Translations under genes and position numbers: made by a program | Shown here: piece by piece, positions 1 through 10,146 of the stretch | How positions within the stretch are numbered: the first letter of the stretch is position 1 | Layout: every line of letters begins with the position of its first letter | The notes under the pieces: model-generated | Seen by the model: only the letters and a program-made list of their open reading frames with translations | Told to the model about the DNA's origin: nothing | The model's database searches: none | IMG/VR virus record: IMGVR_UViG_3300021959_000036 | Coordinates: 1 to 61,339 of that record | DNA: 61,339 nucleotides | Origin: a virus | Taxonomy: Duplodnaviria > Caudoviricetes | Strand: one strand, 5' to 3'

Positions 1-1
1 A

Positions 2-892
2 AAATTTACGCTAAATACTAAAAATATTATCGGATGGGTCCCTTTCCAAGAGTATCCACAAATATCATTTAAAGACGCTATGATTGAATCCGCTCAAAAT
101 ATAGCTAGTAAAGGAAAAACTATAGATTTTCTTTGGTCAGGAGGGTTAGATAGTGTTGCAGGGCTTTTAGCTTTTATGGAAGCAGGAGTAGATAAGCAAC
201 TTCACCTTATTATAGGAGGTGTTCCTGAATCCCCAGAAATATTTAATAAATTAGTAAAAGATAGGATAGATTATACGATAATACCTGATAATGATAAAGA
301 TAAGATAACTGGTGTTGCTAGACCAGATATAAGAATACTAACTACTATGTCAGAAATGGACCCTATGTTTGGTAATAAAAGTACTAAAGCAGGACGAGGA
401 GTTGTTGTAGATAGTTGGCCCGGCTTGTGGAAAACTAAAAGACGACATTTTTTAAATCATCTGTCTTGGAGGTGGTGCTCAAATTTTCAAGGGGATAAAA
501 TTGATATAGATAATTATATGCCCTTTGCTTTACAAGAACCCCTAGAAAAATGGATGTGTAACCATGTTATTAACGAAGAAATGGTTTACTACGATGTAAG
601 CGATAAAAACTGGGAATTTGGAAATATAAACTGTCCATTAGAAAAACACTACAAAAAATGTAAAAAACCAATGAGAGACTTCATAGACGAAATTTTAAAA
701 GGAAAAATTCCTTATCTTCGAGAAAAAAACCCGAGCGGGTCACTTGTAAAAAAATTAAACAAATCAACACTCGATAGAGTCATAGGAGTTACCGACAAAG
801 GAGATGTGATTACTCCAAAAAGTTTTTATGACTACAATTTTTTAAAGTTTATTAACGTAGATCTTTTAAAAGAAGCGTATAGTGGAAGATAA
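2..892 (+). CDS. PP-loop (adenine nucleotide alpha-hydrolase / asparagine synthase-like) protein, 5'-truncated by window
   Basis: WSGGLDS PP-loop motif; the frame stays open from base 2 to the ATG at 80, so the real start may lie outside the window. Confidence 0.6.
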   Translation, partial: KFTLNTKNIIGWVPFQEYPQISFKDAMIESAQNIASKGKTIDFLWSGGLDSVAGLLAFMEAGVDKQLHLIIGGVPESPEIFNKLVKDRIDYTIIPDNDKDKITGVARPDIRILTTMSEMDPMFGNKSTKAGRGVVVDSWPGLWKTKRRHFLNHLSWRWCSNFQGDKIDIDNYMPFALQEPLEKWMCNHVINEEMVYYDVSDKNWEFGNINCPLEKHYKKCKKPMRDFIDEILKGKIPYLREKNPSGSLVKKLNKSTLDRVIGVTDKGDVITPKSFYDYNFLKFINVDLLKEAYSGR

Positions 893-901
893 GATAAAAC
901 A

Positions 902-2194
902 ATGAATAAAATTAACATAAAATCAGCAACAATTACTGATAAAATATACATAAAAGAAGAAGATATTGAAGATGTATCAGCTTTTGAGCAGGCATATACC
1001 TATCAAATTGTTGATGATTTTCATTATACCTATGAATATGACGAAGATAAAGGAATATACACTGTTCCTAGTAACTCTTACTCTAAATTAGACATAAAAA
1101 CTATTGAGGATTTACGAAACTTCGAAGATTCTGAACAAAATTTTCAATTTAAAGGAGAACTACGAGAAGAACAACAAGATATGGTAGATGCTTTCTTTCA
1201 GATTAATGATAGAGTACGTAGTGGACTATTTCAAGCACCTTGTGGTTGGGGTAAAACCTATGTAGGATGCAATCTTTTAGCTCGTGCCAATAAACCCACT
1301 CTGATTTTAGTGCATACAAAGCTTCTTTTTAGGCAATGGATCGAAGAACTAGAAAATCAAATACCTGGAATTAAGATAGGAAAGATTGGAGACGGTCTTT
1401 TAGATATTCAAGACATTACAGTGGGTATTTATAAGAGTGTTTTAAACAATATTCCGCAATTACATGACAGGTTTGGGCTTCTAATGGTTGATGAAGCACA
1501 TTTATGTCCTGCTGATATGTTTTCGCAAGCAGTAAATGCAGTAAATTGTCGCGCAAAGATAGCTATTACCGCTACTCCTCGTAGAAAAGACGGAAAACAT
1601 ATAGTTTTAGACGACTATTTTACAACATTTAAGTCATATGCTTATGATCCCCGAATTTTAGCTACCCCAAAAGTTGAAATATATCAAACAGATATTAGAT
1701 TCAATGTTCTTGATCCAAAGCGAGATTGGAGTAGACAGACCAATAAACTTGCATCTAACTCGCAGTTGCGCCAGCGAGTATCTGAAATTGCCATATCAAA
1801 AGTGAGTGGAGGTCGGTGCATACTCATTTTAGGAGAACGTCTAGATTGGCTTCGCGAGTTAAATAAGATTATTCCAGATTCAGTACTATTGATTGGAGAA
1901 ACCGGTGAAGAACAGCGCAAAGAAATACTAGATAACGTAGGTCCAAAGTATAAAGTAGTGCTGACTACAAAACTTTTTGATGAAGGAATTAGTTGTCATA
2001 GACTTGACACTCTATTTTTAGTGTTCCCATCAAATAACCCTATAAAGCTAGAGCAAAGAATTGGAAGAATTATTAGAGAGCATCCAGATAAAAAACGTCC
2101 TCTTATTTGTGACTTTTGGCTAACAGGTCCAATAGTTTCTAAACAACAAAATAATAGAAGAAACTGGTACATACAAAGAGGATATTCTCTATGA
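902..2194 (+). CDS. SF2 DNA helicase, T5 D10/UvsW-like
   Basis: Walker A APCGWGKT, DEAH box, TAT motif III, QRIGRI motif VI; T5-like position upstream of D11. Confidence 0.9.
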   Translation: MNKINIKSATITDKIYIKEEDIEDVSAFEQAYTYQIVDDFHYTYEYDEDKGIYTVPSNSYSKLDIKTIEDLRNFEDSEQNFQFKGELREEQQDMVDAFFQINDRVRSGLFQAPCGWGKTYVGCNLLARANKPTLILVHTKLLFRQWIEELENQIPGIKIGKIGDGLLDIQDITVGIYKSVLNNIPQLHDRFGLLMVDEAHLCPADMFSQAVNAVNCRAKIAITATPRRKDGKHIVLDDYFTTFKSYAYDPRILATPKVEIYQTDIRFNVLDPKRDWSRQTNKLASNSQLRQRVSEIAISKVSGGRCILILGERLDWLRELNKIIPDSVLLIGETGEEQRKEILDNVGPKYKVVLTTKLFDEGISCHRLDTLFLVFPSNNPIKLEQRIGRIIREHPDKKRPLICDFWLTGPIVSKQQNNRRNWYIQRGYSL

Positions 2195-2655
2195 GTTTTT
2201 ACTTTAACTGGTATGAACTTCTTAAAAAATCCAAAAAGGATTATGATTCAATTATCGTGTTGACTTATGCTTCTACTTTTGGATATAATAAGAAAATAGC
2301 AAATAGTTCTTTAGACTTAGTAAAAAAACTTAATATAAGTAGAATACCAAACTGGTTAAATTCAAGTCTAATAATGAATAAGAGAAGCTTTGAAATATTC
2401 AACAATTACAGAGTTGAAGAACCACAAAGCTATTATAGAAATCCATCATTTCTCAAAACTGTTACACCAGTAACACATAAAATACAATACTTATGGTTGC
2501 TTTCGCACAGAAGAAATGATGATAAAAACCCATTTATTAATAGAGACTTTTTTAAGTTAAAAGAAATAGATGGTATAAAAAGTAACCCATTTATAAGTAT
2601 TGATAAAGACAAAATAACATTCGTCTTAGAAAATACCTACACACAAAGAACATAG
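2191..2655 (+). CDS. hypothetical protein (between helicase and SSB)
   Basis: 154-aa ORF translationally coupled to the helicase (ATGA overlap). Confidence 0.6.
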   Translation: MSFYFNWYELLKKSKKDYDSIIVLTYASTFGYNKKIANSSLDLVKKLNISRIPNWLNSSLIMNKRSFEIFNNYRVEEPQSYYRNPSFLKTVTPVTHKIQYLWLLSHRRNDDKNPFINRDFFKLKEIDGIKSNPFISIDKDKITFVLENTYTQRT

Positions 2656-2679
2656 TTCAACAAGAAAGGAAACACTAAT

Positions 2680-3339
2680 ATGGTATCATGGGATAAAGCA
2701 AAAGGAAACGCCGGAGGCGGCGGAGGCGGACAACGCCGAGAGATTGAGAGACTAACTCTCCCAGTTGGAGACACAAAGGTTCGACTAATCGGAGAAGTTA
2801 TGCCTCGTTATGTATATTGGGTAGTGACTACAGAAGGCAAAAAGATGCCTGTAGAATGTCTACGATTTGATCGTCAAAAGGAAACTTTCAATGACTCAAA
2901 CAAAGACCCAATGTCAGAAATTGACGATGAAGTATATTCAGATAAACCTCAGTTTGCATATGTTTGCAATGTAATTGATCGTGCAGATAATAAGATCAAG
3001 ATTTTTGATCTTCGTTCTACGATTTACAAGCAGATTGTAGATTATGCTACAAATCCAGATTATGGTAATCCAGCAGATGACGATGCAGGATATGACATCA
3101 CGATTAAGAAGGAGAAAACAGGTCCTCTACCACAGAATGTTAAGTATTCTGTAATTCCTGCAAGAAACAACTCCTCACTTACAGAGTCAGAGAAATCACT
3201 AGAACTATTTGAACTTGATAAGATTTACAAGCGTCAATCTTATGAAGAACAGAAACAGTGGCTTCTTCAAAATACGGCTTATTTTGCGGAGGAAGCTTCG
3301 GATGAATTTAAGCCAGAAGCAGTTGAGGATCTTGACTAA
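2680..3339 (+). CDS. single-stranded DNA-binding protein, T5 D11-like
   Basis: RYVYWV, GYDITIKKEKTGPLPQNVKY and acidic C-terminal tail (EAVEDLD); synteny. Confidence 0.8.
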   Translation: MVSWDKAKGNAGGGGGGQRREIERLTLPVGDTKVRLIGEVMPRYVYWVVTTEGKKMPVECLRFDRQKETFNDSNKDPMSEIDDEVYSDKPQFAYVCNVIDRADNKIKIFDLRSTIYKQIVDYATNPDYGNPADDDAGYDITIKKEKTGPLPQNVKYSVIPARNNSSLTESEKSLELFELDKIYKRQSYEEQKQWLLQNTAYFAEEASDEFKPEAVEDLD

Positions 3340-4167
3340 ATGGCAAAAAAGTCCTTAAGTGACTTCGAAACAATAGAGACAGAAGATTCTTCTCCTACCA
3401 ATGCATTTCAAGTAGGAGAAGACGGACAAGCACAAGTAGACCTCCAAAAGATAAGAGAAACTTGTTCTGTATTCTTTGCTACTCCTTGTTATGGAGGCAT
3501 GATTACAGATCAATATTTTCTTAGTATTTTCAAAGCATCTCAAGAATTAGTAAGGCATAATATTACCTTCCGATTAACTACTCTTAGAAATGAAAGCCTA
3601 GTAACTAGGGCTAGAAATATTCTTACTGCAATGTTTTTAGACTCTGGAGCTACTCACCTATTTTTTATTGATGCTGATATTGAGTTTGATCAAGAGTCTG
3701 TTATTAGGATGCTTGCAATGGATAAACCAATTATTGCAGCAGCATACCCTAAAAAGGCTCTTCCAATTCAATATGCTATGAATTTTAAATATACCGATCC
3801 TGTTAAAAAACAGATTAGAGTAGAAAACGGGGCTATCGAAGTGTGGGACGCCTCTACAGGATTCTTCTGTATTAAGCGCGAAGTTTTTGAGAAGATGATG
3901 GTAGAATATCCACACCTTCACTATAAGAATGATAGTAATATTGATCCTAAACTTCAGAAATACTGCTATGCATTTTTTGATACAATGATTGACCAAGATG
4001 AAAACGGAGACAATCGTTATCTTTCAGAAGACTATACTTTCTGTAGATTGTGGCAAAAAATGGGAGGGGAAATATGGATGGACCCAAATACAAAACTAAA
4101 CCATGTAGGGTCTTATACTTTTGAAGGGGATCTTAGTAAGATCATAAATACAAATATTCGAGGATGA
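3340..4167 (+). CDS. GT-A fold glycosyltransferase-like protein
   Basis: ATPCYGG, RARN, FIDAD (DxD), GFFCIKREVF, SEDYTFC, HVG motifs. Confidence 0.75.
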   Translation: MAKKSLSDFETIETEDSSPTNAFQVGEDGQAQVDLQKIRETCSVFFATPCYGGMITDQYFLSIFKASQELVRHNITFRLTTLRNESLVTRARNILTAMFLDSGATHLFFIDADIEFDQESVIRMLAMDKPIIAAAYPKKALPIQYAMNFKYTDPVKKQIRVENGAIEVWDASTGFFCIKREVFEKMMVEYPHLHYKNDSNIDPKLQKYCYAFFDTMIDQDENGDNRYLSEDYTFCRLWQKMGGEIWMDPNTKLNHVGSYTFEGDLSKIINTNIRG

Positions 4168-4652
4168 AAGTAGGGTTTACTTGTTCAACATTTGATTTAC
4201 TACATGCAGGACATATTCAAATGTTAAGAGAAGCAAAAGATCAATGTAATTATTTAATTTGTGGACTTCAAGTAGATCCTAGCCTTGATAGACCAGAGAA
4301 AAACTCCCCAGTGCAATCTATTGTAGAAAGATATACTCAGCTTAACGCAGTAAAATACGTTGATAAAATAATTCCTTATTGTACAGAAAGAGATTTAGAA
4401 GATATCTTAGAAATGTATAATATAGATGTAAGAATTATAGGGTCAGAGTATAGAGATGGTAACTTTACTGGAAAAGCTATCTGTGCTAAAAGAGGTATAG
4501 ATTTATATTTCAATAGCAGAGATCATAGATTTAGTTCAAGTGATCTTAGAAAAAGAATCTATGATCAAGACGCAAATGTGACGTCTTATGAAAATAGCGA
4601 ACTCCGTTCGCCCAGCTGTGTCTCTCCGAGACAACGTGAAGGAACATCGTAG
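4164..4652 (+). CDS. cytidylyltransferase, TagD/glycerol-3-phosphate cytidylyltransferase-like
   Basis: FDLLHAGH (HxGH) and SSSDLRKRI motifs; ~30-aa non-conserved tail overlaps a structured DNA element. Confidence 0.85.
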   Translation: MKVGFTCSTFDLLHAGHIQMLREAKDQCNYLICGLQVDPSLDRPEKNSPVQSIVERYTQLNAVKYVDKIIPYCTERDLEDILEMYNIDVRIIGSEYRDGNFTGKAICAKRGIDLYFNSRDHRFSSSDLRKRIYDQDANVTSYENSELRSPSCVSPRQREGTS

Positions 4653-4746
4653 GTCAGCGCTCTTTAACAGCTGTTCACCTGCGGTGTTCGTTTTTCACTA
4701 ATTATGCACATAGAATAGCATACTTTTTGCCTTTCGGCAAGTATGT
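4567..4746. other. GC-richer multi-hairpin structured element
   Basis: Inverted repeats AAGACG/CGTCTT, GCGAAC-TCC-GTTCGC (4597-4611), TGTCTC-TCC-GAGACA (4619-4633), CACC-TGC-GGTG (4676-4686), TTGCC-TTTC-GGCAA (4727-4740), plus long-range pairings. Confidence 0.6.
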
Positions 4747-4783
4747 AAAATAAAATTTTTTCTTTGCTCTTTCTGGTGCTACG

Positions 4784-4817
4784 TTGTAACAAAATTGTAA
4801 CATAAATGTGATATATT
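4784..4817 (+). promoter_or_regulatory. candidate Pho box plus -10 element
   Basis: TTGTAAC-AAAA-TTGTAAC (4784-4801, 11-bp period) ends 10 nt upstream of TATATT (4812-4817); operon contains a PiT permease. Confidence 0.55.
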
Positions 4818-4821
4818 TATA

Positions 4822-5268
4822 ATGAAAATAAAACATATTCATGCTCATATGAAATCTGCTTTTAACTATGCAGAGTGTTCCACAGCCGTCCGTCTTCAGG
4901 TCGGCTGTGTTATTGTGAAAGATGATCGTATTATCTCAATAGGATACAATGGTATGCCAAGTGGTTGGGATAATAAATGTGAAACCTCAGTGATTTGGGA
5001 TAAAGGTGTGCAGTTAGCTAGTCCTATTCTCAAAACTAAACCAGAAGTACTACATGCAGAATCAAATGCTATAGCTAAACTGGCACGATCACCTGAGAGC
5101 GGAGAAGGCGCTACAGCTTTTATTACTCACGCTCCTTGTCTAGATTGTGCAAAACTTCTGTATCAAGCTGGTATCTGTGAAGTAAACTATTGTCATAGCT
5201 ATAGACTCACAGATGGAATAGATTTTTTAAAACAGTGTAATATTAAGGTTTATCAGGTATCTCTATGA
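4822..5268 (+). CDS. dCMP deaminase
   Basis: IGYNG, HAE and PCLDC zinc-binding motifs. Confidence 0.92.
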   Translation: MKIKHIHAHMKSAFNYAECSTAVRLQVGCVIVKDDRIISIGYNGMPSGWDNKCETSVIWDKGVQLASPILKTKPEVLHAESNAIAKLARSPESGEGATAFITHAPCLDCAKLLYQAGICEVNYCHSYRLTDGIDFLKQCNIKVYQVSL

Positions 5269-5501
5269 AAAGAACGATGTTTTCTGCCAATTCACATGAT
5301 GAGGAAGCAGAAGACCTTACAGATGCTATAGTAGAGATGCTACAAGATGAACCTGAGATAGAGATTAGAGATCTATCTCGTAGATTAAATGTAGAGATGA
5401 TTAGTCTTCCTTGGGGAGTTGGTTCTCCCTTTGCCTACATATATAAAGAAGACCAAAAAACCTGGTGTTGTCTCAAATCTCAATATCGAAAGAGAACTTA
5501 A
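5265..5501 (+). CDS. hypothetical protein
   Basis: 78-aa ORF coupled to the deaminase stop (ATGA). Confidence 0.5.
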   Translation: MKRTMFSANSHDEEAEDLTDAIVEMLQDEPEIEIRDLSRRLNVEMISLPWGVGSPFAYIYKEDQKTWCCLKSQYRKRT

Positions 5502-5503
5502 CA

Positions 5504-6463
5504 ATGGATGTAGTTACAATTTGGATGGCACTAGGATTCCTCTTAGCCGCCTATTCTGTTATAGCAAACGATAGCGTTCAAACTCTTGGAACTTGGATTG
5601 CGTCGAACAATGAACGATTCCACTGGACTGCTTTATGGACCGCCGCTTCGGCGGTTTTGCTTTGGGCACTATGGTTCGGTTGGTATATCAACGGAGGAGA
5701 TATTTCATATGGTCGCCTAACTAAAATACCTTTCCAAGAAATACAGTGGTATCATGCAGCGGCTCCCGCAGTGCTACTACTACTTACTAGAATTGGTGTT
5801 CCTGTTTCAACATCATTTCTTGTGCTTTCAGCCTTCGCATCAACCTTTGTATTAGAAAAGATGTTGATGAAATCTATCATGGGATATGCTGTAGCAGCTG
5901 TCGCTGCCTATGCACTCTGGCATATCATTGCTAGATTAATTAATGAAAAGAAGCCTATTGGGGATCATTGGAGTCGTCCTTATTGGCGTGTAGCACAGTG
6001 GATAACTACTGGTCTACTTTGGTGGACTTGGTTATCACATGATATGGCTAATATCGCAGTGTTTCTTCCCAGACAAGTTCCTTGGGACTTGATGATTATC
6101 ATTTCAATCATCTTTGTTGCAGGATTAGGATGGATGTTTATGGAACGTGGAGGTAAGATTCAAAATATTGTGTTAGAAAAATCTACAACACGATATATTA
6201 GGTCAGCTACGTTAATTGATTTAGCGTATTTTATTATTCTCTACTTCTTCAAAGAACTTAATTCAATACCAATGTCTACGACTTGGGTATTCGTTGGACT
6301 ACTGACAGGACGAGAACTAGCAATTGCTAGTGTTCATAATACTAAGATGAAACAAATCTTTCCTCTTGTCACTCGTGATTTTATGAAGATGATGATAGGT
6401 CTTGGTGCTTCAGTAGGAATTGTATTATTAATTCATTATGTAATTGTACCTAACGGTTACTAG
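5504..6463 (+). CDS. PiT/PHO4-like inorganic phosphate permease
   Basis: Multiple hydrophobic helices; ANDSVQTLGT...GVPVSTS and SHDMAN...IPMSTT resemble the two PiT signature repeats; likely start ATG at 5504. Confidence 0.65.
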   Translation: MDVVTIWMALGFLLAAYSVIANDSVQTLGTWIASNNERFHWTALWTAASAVLLWALWFGWYINGGDISYGRLTKIPFQEIQWYHAAAPAVLLLLTRIGVPVSTSFLVLSAFASTFVLEKMLMKSIMGYAVAAVAAYALWHIIARLINEKKPIGDHWSRPYWRVAQWITTGLLWWTWLSHDMANIAVFLPRQVPWDLMIIISIIFVAGLGWMFMERGGKIQNIVLEKSTTRYIRSATLIDLAYFIILYFFKELNSIPMSTTWVFVGLLTGRELAIASVHNTKMKQIFPLVTRDFMKMMIGLGASVGIVLLIHYVIVPNGY

Positions 6464-6494
6464 AATTTAAGTTTAAATAGTTCTGGACAATTAT

Positions 6495-6530
6495 GGGATA
6501 GTGTAGTAAAATACACTATCCCTAAATTTT
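6495..6530 (+). terminator. stem-loop, probable intrinsic terminator
   Basis: GGGATAGTGTA-GTAAAA-TACACTATCCC 11-bp perfect stem after the permease; T-tract weak. Confidence 0.55.
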
Positions 6531-6543
6531 TGGAGAAGCTAGA

Positions 6544-7512
6544 TTGAAAATTTTACACAGTGCCGACTGGCATATTAACCTACATAAGAAAAAAGTTCCT
6601 GCAGACTGGAGTGCTAATCGTTTTAGATTATTCTTTGAAGAACTTCACAAATTAGAAGAAACACATGATGTCCATTTCTTGTCTGGGGACATCTTTGATA
6701 GAAAACCAGAACCAGACGAAATTTGTTTATTTTTAAGGTATATAAATGCAGCTAAAATCCCAACATACATTATTCCTGGAAACCACGAAGCGACTAGAAA
6801 GGGCGAAACATTCCTTGAACATTTCCATGAACAACATGCTATTACGAATCCAAACGTGGTTCTTATTACAAAAAATCAACGTGAAATTATACGGGGGCAA
6901 AGCGTATATTTCTTCCCATATGGCGAGATGCAAAAAGAAAATCTTTTGGATTTTGAGGGAGATGAAATTCTCGTTACTCATATTCGTGGAGAAGTACCGC
7001 CCCATATCACGGCTGAATACGATTTTGAAAAGCTTCGTCCCTGGAAACTCATACTTCTTGGTGACATACATTTTGCTCATCGTTACATGGATTATCCTGC
7101 TTGGTATAGTGGTTCTCCGATGAATGTGAGCTTTGATAGAGATGACTCTAGAGATTATGGGGTTAACTCTATCGACTTTAGATCTATTGATGATTACGAA
7201 GTATCTTTTCTACCCTTAAAACTTCCAAAGCTAGTAAGAAAAACTCTACAAGTAGGGGGCGATATGGTTCCTGATGATTTTAATCATGTAATCTATGAAG
7301 TAACTGGATCAGTAGATCAACTTGCAAAAGTACAAAACTCAGAACTTTTAGACAAAAAGATAGCTCTTAAGCCAACAGAAAATTCAAAACTAGACTTAAA
7401 AAATATGAACCTAATTGAAGAACTAAGAGCCTATTTAGACTATACAAAGATCTCTAACATAGATGAGATAATAAAAGACTTTCAAGATTTAAATGTAGAT
7501 GCTGGAAATTAA
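6544..7512 (+). CDS. Mre11/SbcD-like recombination nuclease (T5 D12-like)
   Basis: ADWH, GDIFD, PGNHE, GDIH metallophosphoesterase motifs. Confidence 0.9.
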   Translation: MKILHSADWHINLHKKKVPADWSANRFRLFFEELHKLEETHDVHFLSGDIFDRKPEPDEICLFLRYINAAKIPTYIIPGNHEATRKGETFLEHFHEQHAITNPNVVLITKNQREIIRGQSVYFFPYGEMQKENLLDFEGDEILVTHIRGEVPPHITAEYDFEKLRPWKLILLGDIHFAHRYMDYPAWYSGSPMNVSFDRDDSRDYGVNSIDFRSIDDYEVSFLPLKLPKLVRKTLQVGGDMVPDDFNHVIYEVTGSVDQLAKVQNSELLDKKIALKPTENSKLDLKNMNLIEELRAYLDYTKISNIDEIIKDFQDLNVDAGN

Positions 7513-8317
7513 TAGAGTCTACTGGGAATATGACAACGGAGACTGGTGGAGGCCTAGTCCTTACTCTACTGCCAGCGTAACCTGTCCAAAATACAGAAGA
7601 TATGGACCTACAATAAGGCACGATCTATTTACTCTTGTAGAAAAATTCGTAGAAAAGTACCCTAAATATAATTACTATATTGCCATGAGTGGGGGTATAG
7701 ACTCTGAAATTACCGCAGAAACTTTTTTTCAACTAGGTGTCCCTTTTGAAGCGGTTAGTTTGTCGTTATTTGAAGCGCAAAATGCACATGATTTAATATA
7801 TGTAAAAGCTTTCTGTGAAAAGAGAGGAATAAACTATAACTTTATAGACTTAGATATCGTAGACTTTGTTAATGTAGTAATTCCAAAAGCAGTACAGTTT
7901 GGACAGTTTACAAATTCTTTGAGTCAAGTAGCTTTAACATATCTTTTTGAATTTATGACAGAAAAAGATATACTTATATTCTCTGGACATAATCCCGATT
8001 TTTCTAAGCTTGGTATCGGTTGGTGGGAAGACTCACCTAATTTAGTAAAGTATGCTATTAATACAGATAATAACTTTTTTACTTTCACAAGTTTAGAACC
8101 TATTTTTATGCATTATCTTTGTAACTATGACCCAAATCAGCCGGGGGATAAGGATAATACTTTTATATATAACTGCTATCCCAATTTAAAAAAGAGAACA
8201 AAACGAACTGGTTGGGAAGTATTAGGACACATTCAATTCAAATATAAAGAACTTTTAGATACACCAGTATTACCTGATGGATCAAAAGGCGGACAGGTAT
8301 TTTTAACATGGAAATAA
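7499..8317 (+). CDS. PP-loop (adenine nucleotide alpha-hydrolase) protein
   Basis: AMSGGIDSE motif. Confidence 0.6.
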   Translation: MLEINRVYWEYDNGDWWRPSPYSTASVTCPKYRRYGPTIRHDLFTLVEKFVEKYPKYNYYIAMSGGIDSEITAETFFQLGVPFEAVSLSLFEAQNAHDLIYVKAFCEKRGINYNFIDLDIVDFVNVVIPKAVQFGQFTNSLSQVALTYLFEFMTEKDILIFSGHNPDFSKLGIGWWEDSPNLVKYAINTDNNFFTFTSLEPIFMHYLCNYDPNQPGDKDNTFIYNCYPNLKKRTKRTGWEVLGHIQFKYKELLDTPVLPDGSKGGQVFLTWK

Positions 8318-10134
8318 CATTAGAAACACTAAAATTTAACAATATGTTTAGTTATGGAAGCAATAATGAACTAAGCATAAATAGTAATAAAATTACACAA
8401 CTTACTGCCCCCAATGGAAGTGGTAAATCTACTATTGCATTAATTATACAAGAACTTCTTTTTTCAAAGAATATTAAAAACATTAAAAAAGGTGATATAG
8501 TTAACAGATATGGTAACTCTAAAGAATGGAACGGAAGTTTAGAATTTAAGGTTTCTTCCAACAACTATAGAATAGAGGTTAAAAGAGTAGGAAACTCATC
8601 AAAAGTATCTCTTTTTGAAAATGGAACTGATATATCGGATCATAAAGTTCCTGATACCTATAAAAAATTATCTAATATTTTAGGTATGGATTTTGAAGTA
8701 TTCTCTCAACTAACATATCAAAGTTCTACAGATTTATTAGATTTTATAAAAGCAACAGATACTAATAGGAAAAAGTTCTTAATTAATCTATTCGGGCTAG
8801 AAAAGTACATAGGAATTGGAGATGCTTTAAAAGTATCTTTGTCATCTTTAGAAAAAGAACTGGCTACTAAAAATGGAGAGATAAAAACTGTTAATGCTTT
8901 TTTGGACGAAACCACTATCGGAGAAACAAAAGAGTTAATATTTGTACCAGAGGTAGACGATACATTAAGGCAAAAAATTGCAAGGCGTAAAAATGAGCTA
9001 GAAGACTATGAAGATCAATGTAAAAAAATTGATAGAAATAATTCTCTAATTGAAGATAGAAATTCTATAAAATTTGATATGTCATTAAAATCTCCAGAAT
9101 TAAATGACTCAACAAATGACGGGTTTGAAACTGCTAAAAATAACGTATCAAAGAGAAAAAATCATATCTCTAACATAAATAAACAACTTAAGGATATAGA
9201 CACAGCCGATAAATGTTATGTATGCGGACAGCAAATCGACAACACGCATTCAATACTTATGAAGGCTAATCTTGAAGAAGATTTATTCTCTTCTAAAAAA
9301 GAACTAGAAGTTGAAGAACAAAGGCTACAAGAATTACAAAAAGTGTTAGATGATTATTTTAAACTGGATAAAGAGTACAGTAAAAACTTAGCGGCAATTG
9401 AAAAGTTTGAGAACTTAACGCAAATTATTGATAATACTATTCCAACTGATTATCCTGACTACACTCAGATACAAAATGAATTAAAAGAGTTGTCAAAAAA
9501 TCTTTTTGAGCAAGAAAAAGAAAGAGACTTCGCTCTAGAACACAATGAACAAGTTAAGATTCATAATACAAAACTAGATGCCCTACAGGAACAAAAACGA
9601 CAATTTTTAGTTAGACAACAGCTATTAAACAATGATATAATTTCTTTAAACTCAAAAATCAAAAATATAACAATTTTAAGAAAAGCATTTAGTACAACAG
9701 GTATTGTAGCGTTTAAACTTGAAAATCTAACAAAAGAACTTGAAGACACTATTAATAGATATTTATCTGAATTATCAGATGGTAAATTTCAAGTTGTTTT
9801 CAGGTTAGAGGGTGAAAAACTAAATATCGTTGTAGTCAATGATAGTAAAGAAACCCCTATTGAAACTGTCTCAGGAGGAGAGTTTAGTAGGATACAAACA
9901 GCTATTCTTCTTTCTATAAGAAGCCTATTATCTAAAATAGGTGGAAACTATATTAATCTGCTATTCTTAGATGAAATAACTGGTGTTCTTGATGATGCCG
10001 GTAAGGAAAAACTTATTGATATTTTACAAGAAGAAAATAACTTAAATGTGTTTTTAATATCGCATGATTTTACACACCCTTTAATTGAAAAAGTTTCAAT
10101 ACAAAAAGAAAATAATATAAGCCACATAGAATAG
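8308..10134 (+). CDS. Rad50/SbcC-like ATPase (T5 D13-like)
   Basis: APNGSGKS Walker A, coiled coils, CYVC zinc hook, VSGGE signature, FLDE Walker B. Confidence 0.92.
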   Translation: MEITLETLKFNNMFSYGSNNELSINSNKITQLTAPNGSGKSTIALIIQELLFSKNIKNIKKGDIVNRYGNSKEWNGSLEFKVSSNNYRIEVKRVGNSSKVSLFENGTDISDHKVPDTYKKLSNILGMDFEVFSQLTYQSSTDLLDFIKATDTNRKKFLINLFGLEKYIGIGDALKVSLSSLEKELATKNGEIKTVNAFLDETTIGETKELIFVPEVDDTLRQKIARRKNELEDYEDQCKKIDRNNSLIEDRNSIKFDMSLKSPELNDSTNDGFETAKNNVSKRKNHISNINKQLKDIDTADKCYVCGQQIDNTHSILMKANLEEDLFSSKKELEVEEQRLQELQKVLDDYFKLDKEYSKNLAAIEKFENLTQIIDNTIPTDYPDYTQIQNELKELSKNLFEQEKERDFALEHNEQVKIHNTKLDALQEQKRQFLVRQQLLNNDIISLNSKIKNITILRKAFSTTGIVAFKLENLTKELEDTINRYLSELSDGKFQVVFRLEGEKLNIVVVNDSKETPIETVSGGEFSRIQTAILLSIRSLLSKIGGNYINLLFLDEITGVLDDAGKEKLIDILQEENNLNVFLISHDFTHPLIEKVSIQKENNISHIE

Positions 10135-10146
10135 GAGAAAAATATA

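Noticed and set aside
4567-4746. tRNA or known riboswitch
   Set aside because: No cloverleaf with T-loop/anticodon arm or recognisable aptamer consensus by eye; an Rfam search is still needed
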